This document shows positions 54,688 through 55,526 of a stretch of DNA of 55,526 nt, piece after piece. Made by a program: the position numbers and the translations under genes. The notes beneath the pieces were generated by a model. The model searched no databases, was not told the origin of the DNA, and saw only the letters and a program-made list of their open reading frames with translations. The stretch lies in the sequence record SRR22947727_966; one strand, given 5' to 3'. Within the stretch, counting starts at the first letter, position 1. Every line of letters begins with the position of its first letter.

Positions 54688-55017
54688 TTAGCCCGTTGTC
54701 GATTTATAAGTCCCAAGCAATTTTCCCGAGTCCTGCATCGCAGAGAGCATGCTATCGGTGTCAATCAGCTCGACCATGGATCCGCCCGAGAAGGTTCCCG
54801 ACGACATCACGACCATCATAAGCCGCGCGTTTTTTTCCGCATCAGACTCAACAATCATGATGGCTTCGGCAGTTGAGGGTGAAAAATAAATACATTCAGT
54901 CGTGATCCCAAGTGCAGCTGTAATTCCTTTAATCGCTTCACCCCGATCTGACGGATTGGACACCATGCCTTTGAAGCCGCTGTCATTATAGCCGGCGCGC
55001 ACCAAGTATTTTGCCAT
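54688..55017 (-). CDS. GYD-domain-like protein
   Basis: MAKYL....Y...G.KGM...P.DR..A......LG N-terminal pattern, 109 aa; the namesake motif is diverged. Confidence 0.65.
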   Translation of the reverse strand: MAKYLVRAGYNDSGFKGMVSNPSDRGEAIKGITAALGITTECIYFSPSTAEAIMIVESDAEKNARLMMVVMSSGTFSGGSMVELIDTDSMLSAMQDSGKLLGTYKSTTG

Positions 55018-55262
55018 TTCTTACACCTTTCATCTTCCGTTTCAGTTTCATGCTTAACTGTACTGAATTCGACTCCACAATTTTGGCTTAAAACTCAGTT
55101 TACCTTCGGAATTAAATCCAAATTTAAAGCGCATTCCTCTGCCAAGATCGTCACCACTACAGTCCTTTCACGTTTTGAGTTTGGGATGAGATTGAGCGGT
55201 GATCTAGTTCGAATGTTGAACCAGTTATACTGGCGACCCGTGCAGGTCGGTGTTCAACCCGT

Positions 55263-55502
55263 CCGATCCACGACAGTTTCATCATGCATCATGGGTTCGG
55301 TGGCGAACTTGAGGAGGCAATGCGTAGGGAGTTCCACAAGAGACTTGGCGGTGACATTCCCACCAGTGAGGAAATGCTGAAATGGACACCGGCAGATGAC
55401 ACACCGCCAAAGACGGTCAGCGTTGATGAAGTCCTGCATGCCGATAAAGAGTACAGCAAGTGGCAGGCACGTCATGATGCTTGGTTAGCTCAACGAAAAT
55501 AG
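55263..55502 (+). pseudogene. C-terminal remnant of a polymerase-like hypothetical protein
   Basis: The frame of ORF 55284-55502 extends upstream as PIHDSFIMHHG; an in-frame TGA at 55200 excludes a full-length gene. Confidence 0.45.
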
Positions 55503-55526
55503 CCCAAGACCAACTCAATGATCTTG

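Overview
Mostly core chromosome of a marine Rhodobacteraceae (Roseobacter group; inferred from gene order and protein style, species not determinable here). In window order: rnj-coaX-birA; the complete 14-subunit complex I operon nuoA-N (minus strand) with five interspersed non-nuo ORFs (YodC/DUF2158-like, sulfotransferase, DUF5337-like, DUF5333-like and an 85-aa ORF filling the nuoG-nuoH gap); a leucine/isovalerate catabolic (liu) cluster; a DegT-type aminotransferase, an MmgE/PrpD protein and a HAD phosphatase; glmU-glmS; an AT-richer GNAT gene; an AlkD-like gene; an intact cytochrome P450 whose upstream partner gene is a doubly frameshifted pseudogene; ccdA, tusA-like, rne; a DctB/DctD-like pair whose regulator lacks GAFTGA; purQ-purS-purC; part of a split cobalamin-dependent methionine synthase (bmt-like, corrinoid protein, DUF1638-like); sufE, rnd, purN, purM; tRNA-Ile2(CAU); and an AT-richer accessory tail with a remnant carrying a polymerase motif-C-like IHDSF sequence. 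I found no CRISPR array, transposase, integrase or clearly new multi-gene system. The best leads are the accessory genes coupled inside the nuo operon, the P450/partner module, the palindrome at the nuo promoter and the post-tRNA remnant. Family names are from recalled motifs, not database searches. Several start codons were moved from the ORF track using RBS and overlap evidence.
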